DNA from: Clostridia bacterium
GTDB lineage: Bacteria; Bacillota; Clostridia; Christensenellales; CAG-138
Assembly (NCBI GenBank): GCA_036651815.1
Contig: JAVVXB010000007.1
Coordinates: forward strand, 14,192 to 78,191
Direction of reading: 5' to 3'
Length of the DNA: 64,000 bases
Positions 9,347-18,377 of the stretch are shown in pieces (the first letter of the stretch is position 1; every line of letters starts with the position of its first letter). Under the pieces are notes generated by a model. The model worked only from the letters and a program-made list of their open reading frames with translations, was not told where the DNA came from and searched no databases. The position numbers were made by a program, and so were the translations under genes.

Positions 9347-10855
9347 ATGAAAAAGAAGAAGAAGCGCATCATCATTCTGGCAGTAGTTGCGGCGGTGATC
9401 GTAATCGTTATTGTCATGATCAGCCAAATGGCGCGTGCCAGCGCATCCAAGATGATGGAAGCGGTCTATCAAAACTATACGGTAGCAAAGGGCACGGTGG
9501 AGACAACCATTACAGCCGGCGGGCAGCTTTCTGCGGAAGAGACGGAAAACGTACTGGTGCCGGATGGCTTGACCGTCACAAAGCTCTGTGTCTCCGCGGG
9601 TGACGAGGTGAAGGCCGGGGCTGTGTTGTGCGAACTCGATCCGGATAGCGTGCGCAATCAGTTGATCTATGCAGGGAAGCAGGCGACTACCTCTGAAAAT
9701 CACCTTGGCAAGAGCGGCACAAATGATACCATCACTGCCCCTGCCCAGGGCCGTCTCAAATATCAGCCGGCCAAGGTCGGGGACGATGTGATTTCTGATA
9801 TGCTGCAATATGGTGCGCTGGCCATACTATCCACGGATGGATGGATGCGGCTGGAGGTGCAGACCAACATGGAGCTGACGCTTGGTGAAAAGGTGATTGC
9901 CGAGTGGGACGGCGGCAAGGCCAAAGCCGTTGTGGATAAAAAGGTGGACGGCGGATATTCCATTCTGGTTCCGGACGATCACGCACCCTATCTGGTGACC
10001 GCTAAGGTGTACAAGATGGATCAGGAGGTTGGCAGTGGCACACTCCGGATCAATTTGCCAGTAGAGGTCTACGGCTTTGCGGGAACCATCCGTAAAGTCA
10101 GCTATCAAGTGGACGAGTCCGTACCGGATGGCCGGGCGCTGTTTACACTAACCAATCCACCGGTTTCAACGGGCTATGCTGCCCGTTATAATGAACGCAG
10201 CGGCCTGGCAGATCGATACGCGGCCCTCATCAGGCTGCATGCCAACCCCAGTGTGGTCGCGCCCTGCGACGGGATTATCAGCGAGATCTTTGTCACACAG
10301 GACGGGCTGACCGGCAAAGTCGATAAAGCCGACAAGGACAGCATTGCATTTTCCATTGCCACGGGCAGCATCAATCAGTTGGTTGTGGACGTGGACGAGC
10401 TGGATATTATTTCCACCTTGGAAGGATTGACCGCAGAGGTTACATTTGAAGCTTTGCCGAACGAGCATTTTTCAGGAGCGGTGACGCGGGTAACCAAAAT
10501 TGGCAAGAAGCAAAACAGCATCTCCACCTATCCCGTGGAGATTACGATCGAGCCGGATAAACGACTGTTGATTGGCATGAACGGCACGGCGACCATTCTT
10601 GCGGATCGTGTGGAAAACACACTGATTATCCCCATAAATGCCATCAGCGAGGATGGCGAAGGAACCTTCGTCAATGTGCTGGCGGCGGACGGTGCGCGGG
10701 TACGTACCGCAATTACAACTGGCAAATCGGATGGTAGCATGGTGGAGGTGACCAGCGGCCTTTCTGAGGGGGATGTGATTTCCTATACATTGCCCGGTCT
10801 AACACTGGCTGATATGTACGGTGGCATGCAAGGCGCGGCCGTAGCCATGGAGTGA
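9347..10855 (+). CDS. HlyD/MacA-type membrane-fusion (periplasmic adaptor) protein
   Basis: GGAGG RBS at 9334-9338; N-terminal TM anchor; biotinyl/lipoyl-like hairpin VSAGDEVKAGAVLCELD; C-terminal beta-barrel block; first gene of a HlyD-ABC-FtsX triad. Confidence 0.8.
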   Translation: MKKKKKRIIILAVVAAVIVIVIVMISQMARASASKMMEAVYQNYTVAKGTVETTITAGGQLSAEETENVLVPDGLTVTKLCVSAGDEVKAGAVLCELDPDSVRNQLIYAGKQATTSENHLGKSGTNDTITAPAQGRLKYQPAKVGDDVISDMLQYGALAILSTDGWMRLEVQTNMELTLGEKVIAEWDGGKAKAVVDKKVDGGYSILVPDDHAPYLVTAKVYKMDQEVGSGTLRINLPVEVYGFAGTIRKVSYQVDESVPDGRALFTLTNPPVSTGYAARYNERSGLADRYAALIRLHANPSVVAPCDGIISEIFVTQDGLTGKVDKADKDSIAFSIATGSINQLVVDVDELDIISTLEGLTAEVTFEALPNEHFSGAVTRVTKIGKKQNSISTYPVEITIEPDKRLLIGMNGTATILADRVENTLIIPINAISEDGEGTFVNVLAADGARVRTAITTGKSDGSMVEVTSGLSEGDVISYTLPGLTLADMYGGMQGAAVAME

Positions 10856-11553
10856 GGAATCTGATAGTGAAGAACGAAACGCCCGTCATTCAGATGCGGG
10901 ATATTACAAAGGTATATGATGTGGGTGGCGAGCAGGTCTATGCCTTGAACCAGGCCTGTATGAAGGTGTATGAGGGTGAGTTTGTGTCCATTGTTGGGCC
11001 TTCCGGCAGCGGGAAGTCCACACTCATGAACATCATGGGCTGCCTGGATACGGCTGACAGCGGTGAATATTTGCTGGATGGACAACCCATTGAACAGTAC
11101 ACCGAGCGCCAGCTAACCAAAATCCGCAATCAAAAGATTGGATTTGTTTTCCAGGGCTTTAACCTGCTTGGCAAGATGACGGCGGAGGAAAACGTGGAAC
11201 TGCCGCTGATTTACCAGCGGCTGAATGCCGCGCTGCGCCGGGAACGTGTGCATGAGGCGCTGGAACGGGTTGGGTTGACCGACCGGCGACAACATAAGCC
11301 AACGGAGCTTTCTGGCGGTCAGCAGCAGCGCGTTGCGATAGCGCGGGCACTGGTTACGCATCCGGCTCTTCTTCTTGCCGATGAACCAACCGGCAATCTG
11401 GATTCCAAGACCGGAGACGATATTATGCGGCTGTTTCACGAACTGCATGAGGCTGGCAACACCATAGTCCTCATTACCCACAACGAGGGTATTGCAGAAC
11501 AGGCCGGCCGGTGCATCCATATTATGGATGGACAAGTTAGCGAGGTGGATTGA
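10852..11553 (+). CDS. MacB/LolD-type ABC transporter ATP-binding protein
   Basis: Walker A GPSGSGKST, signature LSGGQQQRVAIARAL, Walker B LLLADEPT. The start overlaps the upstream stop. Confidence 0.9.
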   Translation: MRNLIVKNETPVIQMRDITKVYDVGGEQVYALNQACMKVYEGEFVSIVGPSGSGKSTLMNIMGCLDTADSGEYLLDGQPIEQYTERQLTKIRNQKIGFVFQGFNLLGKMTAEENVELPLIYQRLNAALRRERVHEALERVGLTDRRQHKPTELSGGQQQRVAIARALVTHPALLLADEPTGNLDSKTGDDIMRLFHELHEAGNTIVLITHNEGIAEQAGRCIHIMDGQVSEVD

Positions 11554-12738
11554 ATGCTGGTGCAATCAATCAAGATGGCCTGGCAGGCCATCGTCAGCAA
11601 TAAAATGCGGTCGTTTCTGACCATGCTGGGCATCATCATCGGCGTTATGGCGATGGTGGTTATGGTGTCGCTTGTCAATGGTGCCACCGGTAAGGTTACG
11701 AGCGAAATTGAATCTCTTGGTACCGACCGTATCAGCGCCTATATATTTGACAACAAGGGCAAGCCGATCAAGTTGAGTGATCTGGAGGAAATTCAGCAGA
11801 ATGCAGCCATCGATCAGGTCGCGCCACAGGTCAACTACAGCACAGGGGCCAAGCATGGCTACAAAGACGCCACTGTCGTGATGTATGGGACAACGGCGGC
11901 TTATGAAGCCATCGGGGGGATCAGTTTGAAATATGGGCGTTTCATCCGAACCACCGATTTGGATAATAATGCTTATGTGGCAGTGCTTGCTTACAACACG
12001 GCAAAGAAACTGTTCGATCGTGTAGATGTCGTCGGCGAACCGCTTTCCATCGGTGGACGGACGTTCACGATCGTGGGGGTGCTGGAGGAGAATAAATCAA
12101 CGATGTCCTATTCGGCGTTCCAGTATGATGTATATGTACCGTATACGGTTTTGACCCGGATGACGGGTCAGACTGAAATCGGCACGATCTTTGCCACATC
12201 AGCCGATCCGGAAAGCAACGACGCGGCGGAGCAGATGCTGACAAGCTACCTCAGCGCACGGTTCAACGGGGATGCCGACGCATTCTATATTGACAACATG
12301 ACCACCATGATGAATACCATGAGTACGGTGACCAACACCATGCAACTGCTGCTGGGCGGTATCGCGGCCATATCGCTGCTGGTGGGCGGCATTGGCATTA
12401 TGAATATCATGCTGGTATCCGTCACGGAGCGCACACGTGAAATCGGCATTCGCAAGGCAATCGGCGCAGGGCGCGGTAGCATCATGATGCAGTTTCTGAT
12501 CGAAGCGCTCATGGTGAGTTTATTCGGTTGCATCATCGGATTGCTGTTTGCTGCAGGCGTATTAAGGATTGCGACGGCAGTTGCAGCGGCGACGGCGGGC
12601 ATCAACTTTACCATGTCGCCGGGGGTTGTGATACTGGCCGCAGGATTTTCATCCGCAATCGGTCTGATTTTCGGCCTGTATCCAGCCAATAAAGCCGCCA
12701 AGATGCCGCCAATTGAGGCACTCAGATATCAAGGATAA
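11554..12738 (+). CDS. MacB/FtsX-family ABC transporter permease
   Basis: MacB periplasmic-domain layout followed by the FtsX core VGGIGIMNIMLVSVTERTREIGIRKAIGA. It abuts the ATPase gene. Confidence 0.9.
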   Translation: MLVQSIKMAWQAIVSNKMRSFLTMLGIIIGVMAMVVMVSLVNGATGKVTSEIESLGTDRISAYIFDNKGKPIKLSDLEEIQQNAAIDQVAPQVNYSTGAKHGYKDATVVMYGTTAAYEAIGGISLKYGRFIRTTDLDNNAYVAVLAYNTAKKLFDRVDVVGEPLSIGGRTFTIVGVLEENKSTMSYSAFQYDVYVPYTVLTRMTGQTEIGTIFATSADPESNDAAEQMLTSYLSARFNGDADAFYIDNMTTMMNTMSTVTNTMQLLLGGIAAISLLVGGIGIMNIMLVSVTERTREIGIRKAIGAGRGSIMMQFLIEALMVSLFGCIIGLLFAAGVLRIATAVAAATAGINFTMSPGVVILAAGFSSAIGLIFGLYPANKAAKMPPIEALRYQG

Positions 12739-12750
12739 GGAGAACGATTC

Positions 12751-13212
12751 ATGTTCCATATCGTATTGGTGGAACCGGAGATACCGCAAAACACAGGCAA
12801 TATTGCCAGAAGCTGTGCAGTGACGGGAGCCGCACTGCACCTGGTGCGGCCGCTGGGTTTCTCAGTGGATGATAAACAGCTCAAACGTGCGGGACTGGAT
12901 TATTGGATGGATTTGGAGATTCACTATTACGATAGCTTTGCAGAGGTTGAGCAGACGTATCCGGCGGCAAAGTTCCATTTGCTCAGTACGCATGCGACGC
13001 GGTCCTATGCGGACGCAACCTATCAAGATGGTGATTTTCTCGTGTTTGGGAAGGAAACGGCCGGCCTTGGGCAGATGATTCTCACCAGGCGCGCGGGCGA
13101 TGCAGTGCGCATTCCCATGCGGCAAAACGAACGCTCGCTCAACCTTTCGAACTCGGTTGCCATCGTTTTATACGAAGCTTTGCGGCAAAATCAGTTTTTC
13201 GGCATGAAATAA
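12751..13212 (+). CDS. trmL: tRNA (cytidine/uridine-2'-O)-methyltransferase TrmL (SpoU class)
   Basis: MFHIVLVEPEIPQNTGNIARSCA N-terminus and LFGKETAGL...SLNLSNSVAIVLYEALRQ knot motifs; AAGGAG RBS. Confidence 0.9.
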   Translation: MFHIVLVEPEIPQNTGNIARSCAVTGAALHLVRPLGFSVDDKQLKRAGLDYWMDLEIHYYDSFAEVEQTYPAAKFHLLSTHATRSYADATYQDGDFLVFGKETAGLGQMILTRRAGDAVRIPMRQNERSLNLSNSVAIVLYEALRQNQFFGMK

Positions 13213-13223
13213 TATAAAAAAGC

Positions 13224-13252
13224 TTGCATTACCTGACTTTGCGTGGTACTAT
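13224..13252 (+). promoter_or_regulatory. Sigma-A-type promoter of rpmB
   Basis: TTGCAT (13224-13229), 17-nt spacer ending in TGg, then TACTAT (13247-13252); 40 nt upstream of the rpmB ATG. Confidence 0.55.
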
Positions 13253-13291
13253 TACTTCGTTCGATTTTTCGTAAGGAGGTGGACTTTAAGC

Positions 13292-13483
13292 ATGGGTAAA
13301 TTCTGTGAAGTCTGCAATAAGGGTGTCATGTCCGGCAATCTGGTCAGCCACTCCAACCGCAAGACCAAGCGCGGCTGGGCGCCGAACATTAAAAGCGTGC
13401 ATGTTGTTGTCGGCGGTACGCCGACCAAGATGAACGTTTGTACCCGTTGCCTCCGTTCCGGCAAGGTTACGCGCAGCGTCTAA
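13292..13483 (+). CDS. rpmB: 50S ribosomal protein L28
   Basis: MGKFCEVCNKGVMSGNLVSHSNRKTKR...VCTRCLRSGKV is an unmistakable L28 sequence; AAGGAGG RBS at 13273-13279. Confidence 0.97.
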   Translation: MGKFCEVCNKGVMSGNLVSHSNRKTKRGWAPNIKSVHVVVGGTPTKMNVCTRCLRSGKVTRSV

Positions 13484-13497
13484 GTGCTTTCCACACG

Positions 13498-13534
13498 CGC
13501 CATGCTCTTTATCAGAGCATGGCGTTTTCTTTTC
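13498..13534 (+). terminator. Intrinsic terminator of rpmB
   Basis: Perfect 11-bp stem CGCCATGCTCT / AGAGCATGGCG, 5-nt loop, then TTTTCTTTT. Confidence 0.85.
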
Positions 13535-13540
13535 CAGTAT

Positions 13541-13570
13541 ATTTCCATTGGAAATGGCATCTGATATAAT
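13541..13570 (+). promoter_or_regulatory. Promoter plus palindromic operator candidate directly abutting the giant ORF
   Basis: 7-1-7 palindrome ATTTCCA-T-TGGAAAT (13541-13555) overlaps a -35-like TTTCCA. After a 17-nt spacer comes an extended -10, TGaTATAAT (13562-13570). The predicted +1 is near 13577, the A of the second ATG. Confidence 0.45.
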
Positions 13571-13573
13571 CAA

Positions 13574-16500
13574 ATGATGTTGACAAACGATTCTGAATGG
13601 ACGCAAGTCTTTCTCGAAAGACTGCATGCGGAGCTGACTGTCCGCTGTGGTTCCGATTGGCGTGTGCGCCTTGCACAACCTAGTGATGCGATGATGCTCA
13701 ATCTACTTGGGGAAACGGTTTTTGACCGCTTTCATCTCGGTCAACAGGCACTGCCTCTTTGCCGCTGCGCGCTGGATAAACTGTCTGAAGAGCCAGAGGA
13801 GGGGTGGATTGCCGCAGCCTATGCCTACCTGATCGATGCATTCTATCCGCCGGAAGTGCCGTCGCCGGAATCACCGGAACGCACGGCCGCGCTGGAGCTG
13901 TATCTGGCAGTTTTGCACACCTGTATCCTGCGGGAACGTGAGACGCGTTCCTACGATCCGCTGACCGATGTGCTGTTTGTGACGGAGCAGGAGCGTGCCG
14001 TGAGCGCAGTGTCGGATGAATACGATGCATTTCTTACTGCGGTGACACAGGCGCGATACTTGGAACTCATGCATTTGGCGCGGGCCGTAACGCCATTAGA
14101 TCCGCTTTCCCACACGGCGGGCGTACATCATGTGGCGGTACACATGGCGCGTCAGGCGGTAGACTGTGGCATTCCTGTGGATATCGCGCTGGTTTCTGCG
14201 GCGGCGGTTGCACACGATATCGGCAAGTTTGGTTGCCGGAGCAACGACAGCAAGCGCGTGCCTTATCTGCATTACTATCATACCGATCGATGGTTGATCC
14301 AAAACGGTCTACCGCATATTGCCCATGTTGCGTCCAACCATTCCACTTGGGATCTCGAATATGAGAATCTGCCGGTGGAATCACTGCTGCTCATCTATGC
14401 GGATTTCCGCGTGCGCGGTACGAAGGACGGCGGCAGAGAACGCATCGAAATTCACACGTTGGCGGAGGCAGGGGAAATCATCTTCGGCAAGTTGACCAAC
14501 ATGGTGGCTGAGAAACGGCGGCGTTATCAGCGCGTCTATCATAAGCTATGTGACTTTGAAGGTGCGCTCACACACCTTGGCGTGAACCCTGATCCGTTTT
14601 CGGATACGTTTTTGCTGGTGGAACCTGTGAACGCTGCCCTGCTGCCGGATGCGCAGGATGTAGATCTGCTCAAACGCATGGCCATAGAGCGCAACCTGCG
14701 ACTGATGCATGCCTTCAGTGCCAACGAATCGTTTGAGCGATTGTTGGAGCAGGCGCGCAGCGAAAAGACACTGGAGAGCATCCGAACCTACCTCAATTTG
14801 TTTGAGGAATACTGCACCTATATGACGCGCGCGCATAAGCTGGAAACGCTCAATTTGCTCTACGAACTGCTGATGCATCAGGAGAGCGATGTGCGCAGGT
14901 TGGCGGGCCGGCTCATGGGACGAATTTTATCCAACGACGGATTGCAATATCGTAAGGAATTGCCAGACAACGCGCCGGAGACAGCCATTGCGCCAACGCT
15001 GTCCGAAATGCTTCAGGAGCGTGAGGCACTCTGGCAAAAGTATCTAGAGTTGCTGCTGTCCCCCGATCCAAAGATTGGCAAAAAGCATGCAATACGCATT
15101 GTCAACTCGCTCAAGGTGGTTGTGGAAAGTCTCTTTGATCACTGCAAACACATGGATGCGCGGGGATATCTGAACCAATTGCTGGCGCGTTATCGGAACG
15201 TGTTGCCAACGGAACGATTTGTGTTGATGGATACCATTGTGCGCATACCGGTTCAACTGCTGACGGAGGATGAGATGGGCATGCTCATCGAATCGACGAT
15301 GCCGATGCTGACGCAGACCGATAGCAGCGAACAGGTGTGTGCACTGCGTGCGTTGTTGCATTTTGTTACGCAGCGCCGCGAAGAAACGGGCACACAGATT
15401 GGCGTGATGCTGGAAAAGACGCCGATTGTGGGCGGAACGGCGGTCAACTATCTGCTGGGCTGTATTTGCGCACGGCTGCGCAGTCAGAATGCAGCGGTTC
15501 CGGCTACGGGCCGACTGTCTGGCGGCGAGGTTTCGGAGCTGTGCCTCATGAACCTAAAAAACGCGGTGCATTGGATTGTCAAAGAGACAAATATTGATGT
15601 GCTGTGCGCTTATGCTACCAACAGCCCGGCGGATACATTTCAAGTTGCAACCCATCTAAGCAATCTTTTGATGGTATCTGAACATCTTCCAGTGCGAGAA
15701 CATGCAGGCAGGGCGCTGGTCGCACTGTCGGGCAGACTCGGCGTGGATCAGGTTAACGAACTCGTCATCGATCTTTGCCGTGGACTGGATACGGAGCAGA
15801 GGGAATTTCTGCGCTATGTACCGGCGACGCTGTCGACGATGATTCAATGCCTACCCGCCCAGGAGCAGGACGAAACCATTTCTATCCTGGAACATATGGT
15901 ACGTTCCGGCGCGGCCCGTGCCGCAGGCGCTGCGCTCTCCACGCTGGGGACAATGCTTGTGGGGCTTGCGCTTTCCACCGAACCGGGAGATAAGCTGTCC
16001 AACGGCCGCCAGAAACGCATCCTGGGCATCCTACTGGCCGGCTTGGCACACTTTGACGACACGGTGCACCGGGCGGCGCTGACCGTTCTCTGCCGGGACG
16101 TGTGTGGCGCACAGCAGTTGCCGCTAGGCAGACGGCGGACGCTGTTTGTTCAATTCATGAAAAAAATGATTACCATTTTGCCAGAGCGGGCAGAAAATGA
16201 GATTACCTTTTTCAATACGGGCGCTATGCTTAACCATCTGTACCGAATGATGATTGACTGCGAAGTGAACTTTGGCCCATTTATATTTCCGGCACCCGGC
16301 GCGGTTGCGTTTTTTCCAGGTACATTCGATCCGTTTTCCAGTGGACACAAGCGGATTGTGAGGGAGATTCGTTCACTGGGAATCGAGGTCTACCTCGCTG
16401 TGGATGAATTTTCATGGTCGAAGAGCATGCAGCCCAAACTGCTCCGGCGGCAGATTACGCTGATGAGCGTGGCCGACTGCTTCGGGGTATATCTATTTCC

Positions 16501-18376
16501 GGATGATCAGCCGGTCAACCTTGCCAATCCGGCAGATTTGGCGCGGTTAAAGCGGTTTTTCCCCGGACGTCAATTGTTTTTGGTAGCCGGTAGCGATGTC
16601 ATCGAACAGGCGACGGCTTACGCGGACGCATCCATTGCAGGCAGTGCGGGTACTTATGACCATATTTTGTTTTCCCGCCGGAAATTGGTGGAGAAACAGG
16701 GCGATGCAACCCATAGCACCGCTCGGGAACGTCTGCGCGGACAGATCATTGAGTTGTCGCTGCCAACGTATTATGAAGAGGTAAGTTCATCGCGCATTCG
16801 GGCGTTTGTCGATAAAAATCTCGAAATCTCGATGTTGGTCGATCCGGTGGTGGAGTCGTTTATTCATGAAAAAGGCTTGTATTTGCGCGCACCACAATAT
16901 AAGCAGACGCTGCCGCCCGAGAAATGGGCGCTGACAACGCTTCTTTGCACCGATGAATCCACGCCGCATGCGCTGCGCACGCTGCCGGAGGATTTTGCTT
17001 CAAAACTGCTGGATACACTGCGGCAGGGGAGCGGACGGGCCGTGCTGCTGACCGACGGCAGGAGTGCGATTGTGTCCGCAGCAATCTTTGCCCACACGGT
17101 CAATGCGGGACAATTGCTCTACGAACTGCGAAACGTTAAGCTTGCGGAATATGTGCGCATGCATAGCTCCGGCAAGGTTCTGCGTATCGATGGTGCGTGC
17201 GTGCCGCCGGATTGCCCGGAGGTCGCGGAAGAACTTGCCAACGAGCTGGTTACGGGCTGTCTCGCTGATGATCATACCTATGCGTTGTATGTTAGCACCG
17301 GGCCGGACGATCCGCTGGAAATCGTGCTGCGCAAGAAGGGATTTCGGATTGTGGATCGGGACGAGCAGACGTTGCTTGTGGATATGCGCGCGCCTCTTGT
17401 TATAATGCTGGATGCGTTTAGCATGCTCAAGGAACCCTTTGCTTCCGATCCCGTAGTGATGGCTTGCGTGCTGTCGTCGCGCGAGAAGCTGCTGGATGGG
17501 CTGTGCGCCCTGTTTCCGGGCGAACTGGTACTTTCGTTTGATACGCGGCAAATCAACCATGCGCTCATTCATAAGGCACAGCAGTATAATGGCGTTCTGG
17601 GATTGCCGGAAAAGCCGCGGCGTCTGGGTCCGTTCATGTGTGTGCCATACGGCAAGATCCTTTCCGACGTGGTTGTGCCCAACACTGTAACCAAGGCGCT
17701 GCACGTGGAAAAAGTGTTTGAAAACGACATCCGTCACTTTACCATCCGGGAGGAAGCCGGTTATTCCCCGCTTGTGCACCAGATCCGAACGATCCGCTCG
17801 TTCAATCGCCCCGTGCTGCTGGTGGATGATCTACTGCACAATGGCTACCGTATGGAGAAGCTGAGTCCGCTGTTCACCAGCGAACAGGTGGAGATTCGGC
17901 GGATACTGGTGGGGATTCTTTCCGGCCGCGGCAAGGATCTTATGCAACAGCAGGGACGCAGCGTAGATGCCGTCTATATGATTCCAAACCTGCGCTACTG
18001 GTTTACGGAGAGTCTGCTGTATCCGTTTATCGGCGGGGACAGCGTCATGCGGCGCGGCGGAAACGCAGAGAGCAGCCTACCCTCCGTCAATTTGATTCTA
18101 CCGTATCGCTCACCAGAGTTTCTGCATGAAGTTTCGGATGAGAAGAAGGCGCACCTGTCCATGCTGGCGCTGACCAACGCCTGCAAGATATTGCATACAT
18201 TGGAGCAGCGGTATCAGGTATTGTTTCGGCGGAGCCTGACACTGGCACGGCTGGGGGAGGCGCTGCAAAAGCCGCGCATGCCCGACAAGGGGCTGTGTGT
18301 GCACTATGACCGCAGCATGCCCGCATCTGTTGTTTTGCGCGATGATATCGACTGGATGATGAGAATGGGGATTTGA
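13574..18376 (+). CDS. 1,600-aa multidomain protein: HD phosphohydrolase + HEAT-like repeats + NadD/NMNAT-type nucleotidyltransferase + GNAT-like region + PRT-like C-terminal module
   Basis: HD signature AVAHDIGKFG (HD codons 14213-14218); HEAT-like ESDVRRLAGRLMGRIL, LPVREHAGRALVALSG, DDTVHRAALTVL; nucleotidyltransferase motifs GTFDPFSSGH (16325-16348) and VSSSRIR (16781-16801); PRT-like RPVLLVDDLLHNGYRM (17813-17851). The frame is uninterrupted for 4.8 kb. Confidence 0.8.
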   Translation: MMLTNDSEWTQVFLERLHAELTVRCGSDWRVRLAQPSDAMMLNLLGETVFDRFHLGQQALPLCRCALDKLSEEPEEGWIAAAYAYLIDAFYPPEVPSPESPERTAALELYLAVLHTCILRERETRSYDPLTDVLFVTEQERAVSAVSDEYDAFLTAVTQARYLELMHLARAVTPLDPLSHTAGVHHVAVHMARQAVDCGIPVDIALVSAAAVAHDIGKFGCRSNDSKRVPYLHYYHTDRWLIQNGLPHIAHVASNHSTWDLEYENLPVESLLLIYADFRVRGTKDGGRERIEIHTLAEAGEIIFGKLTNMVAEKRRRYQRVYHKLCDFEGALTHLGVNPDPFSDTFLLVEPVNAALLPDAQDVDLLKRMAIERNLRLMHAFSANESFERLLEQARSEKTLESIRTYLNLFEEYCTYMTRAHKLETLNLLYELLMHQESDVRRLAGRLMGRILSNDGLQYRKELPDNAPETAIAPTLSEMLQEREALWQKYLELLLSPDPKIGKKHAIRIVNSLKVVVESLFDHCKHMDARGYLNQLLARYRNVLPTERFVLMDTIVRIPVQLLTEDEMGMLIESTMPMLTQTDSSEQVCALRALLHFVTQRREETGTQIGVMLEKTPIVGGTAVNYLLGCICARLRSQNAAVPATGRLSGGEVSELCLMNLKNAVHWIVKETNIDVLCAYATNSPADTFQVATHLSNLLMVSEHLPVREHAGRALVALSGRLGVDQVNELVIDLCRGLDTEQREFLRYVPATLSTMIQCLPAQEQDETISILEHMVRSGAARAAGAALSTLGTMLVGLALSTEPGDKLSNGRQKRILGILLAGLAHFDDTVHRAALTVLCRDVCGAQQLPLGRRRTLFVQFMKKMITILPERAENEITFFNTGAMLNHLYRMMIDCEVNFGPFIFPAPGAVAFFPGTFDPFSSGHKRIVREIRSLGIEVYLAVDEFSWSKSMQPKLLRRQITLMSVADCFGVYLFPDDQPVNLANPADLARLKRFFPGRQLFLVAGSDVIEQATAYADASIAGSAGTYDHILFSRRKLVEKQGDATHSTARERLRGQIIELSLPTYYEEVSSSRIRAFVDKNLEISMLVDPVVESFIHEKGLYLRAPQYKQTLPPEKWALTTLLCTDESTPHALRTLPEDFASKLLDTLRQGSGRAVLLTDGRSAIVSAAIFAHTVNAGQLLYELRNVKLAEYVRMHSSGKVLRIDGACVPPDCPEVAEELANELVTGCLADDHTYALYVSTGPDDPLEIVLRKKGFRIVDRDEQTLLVDMRAPLVIMLDAFSMLKEPFASDPVVMACVLSSREKLLDGLCALFPGELVLSFDTRQINHALIHKAQQYNGVLGLPEKPRRLGPFMCVPYGKILSDVVVPNTVTKALHVEKVFENDIRHFTIREEAGYSPLVHQIRTIRSFNRPVLLVDDLLHNGYRMEKLSPLFTSEQVEIRRILVGILSGRGKDLMQQQGRSVDAVYMIPNLRYWFTESLLYPFIGGDSVMRRGGNAESSLPSVNLILPYRSPEFLHEVSDEKKAHLSMLALTNACKILHTLEQRYQVLFRRSLTLARLGEALQKPRMPDKGLCVHYDRSMPASVVLRDDIDWMMRMGI

Positions 18377-18377
18377 T

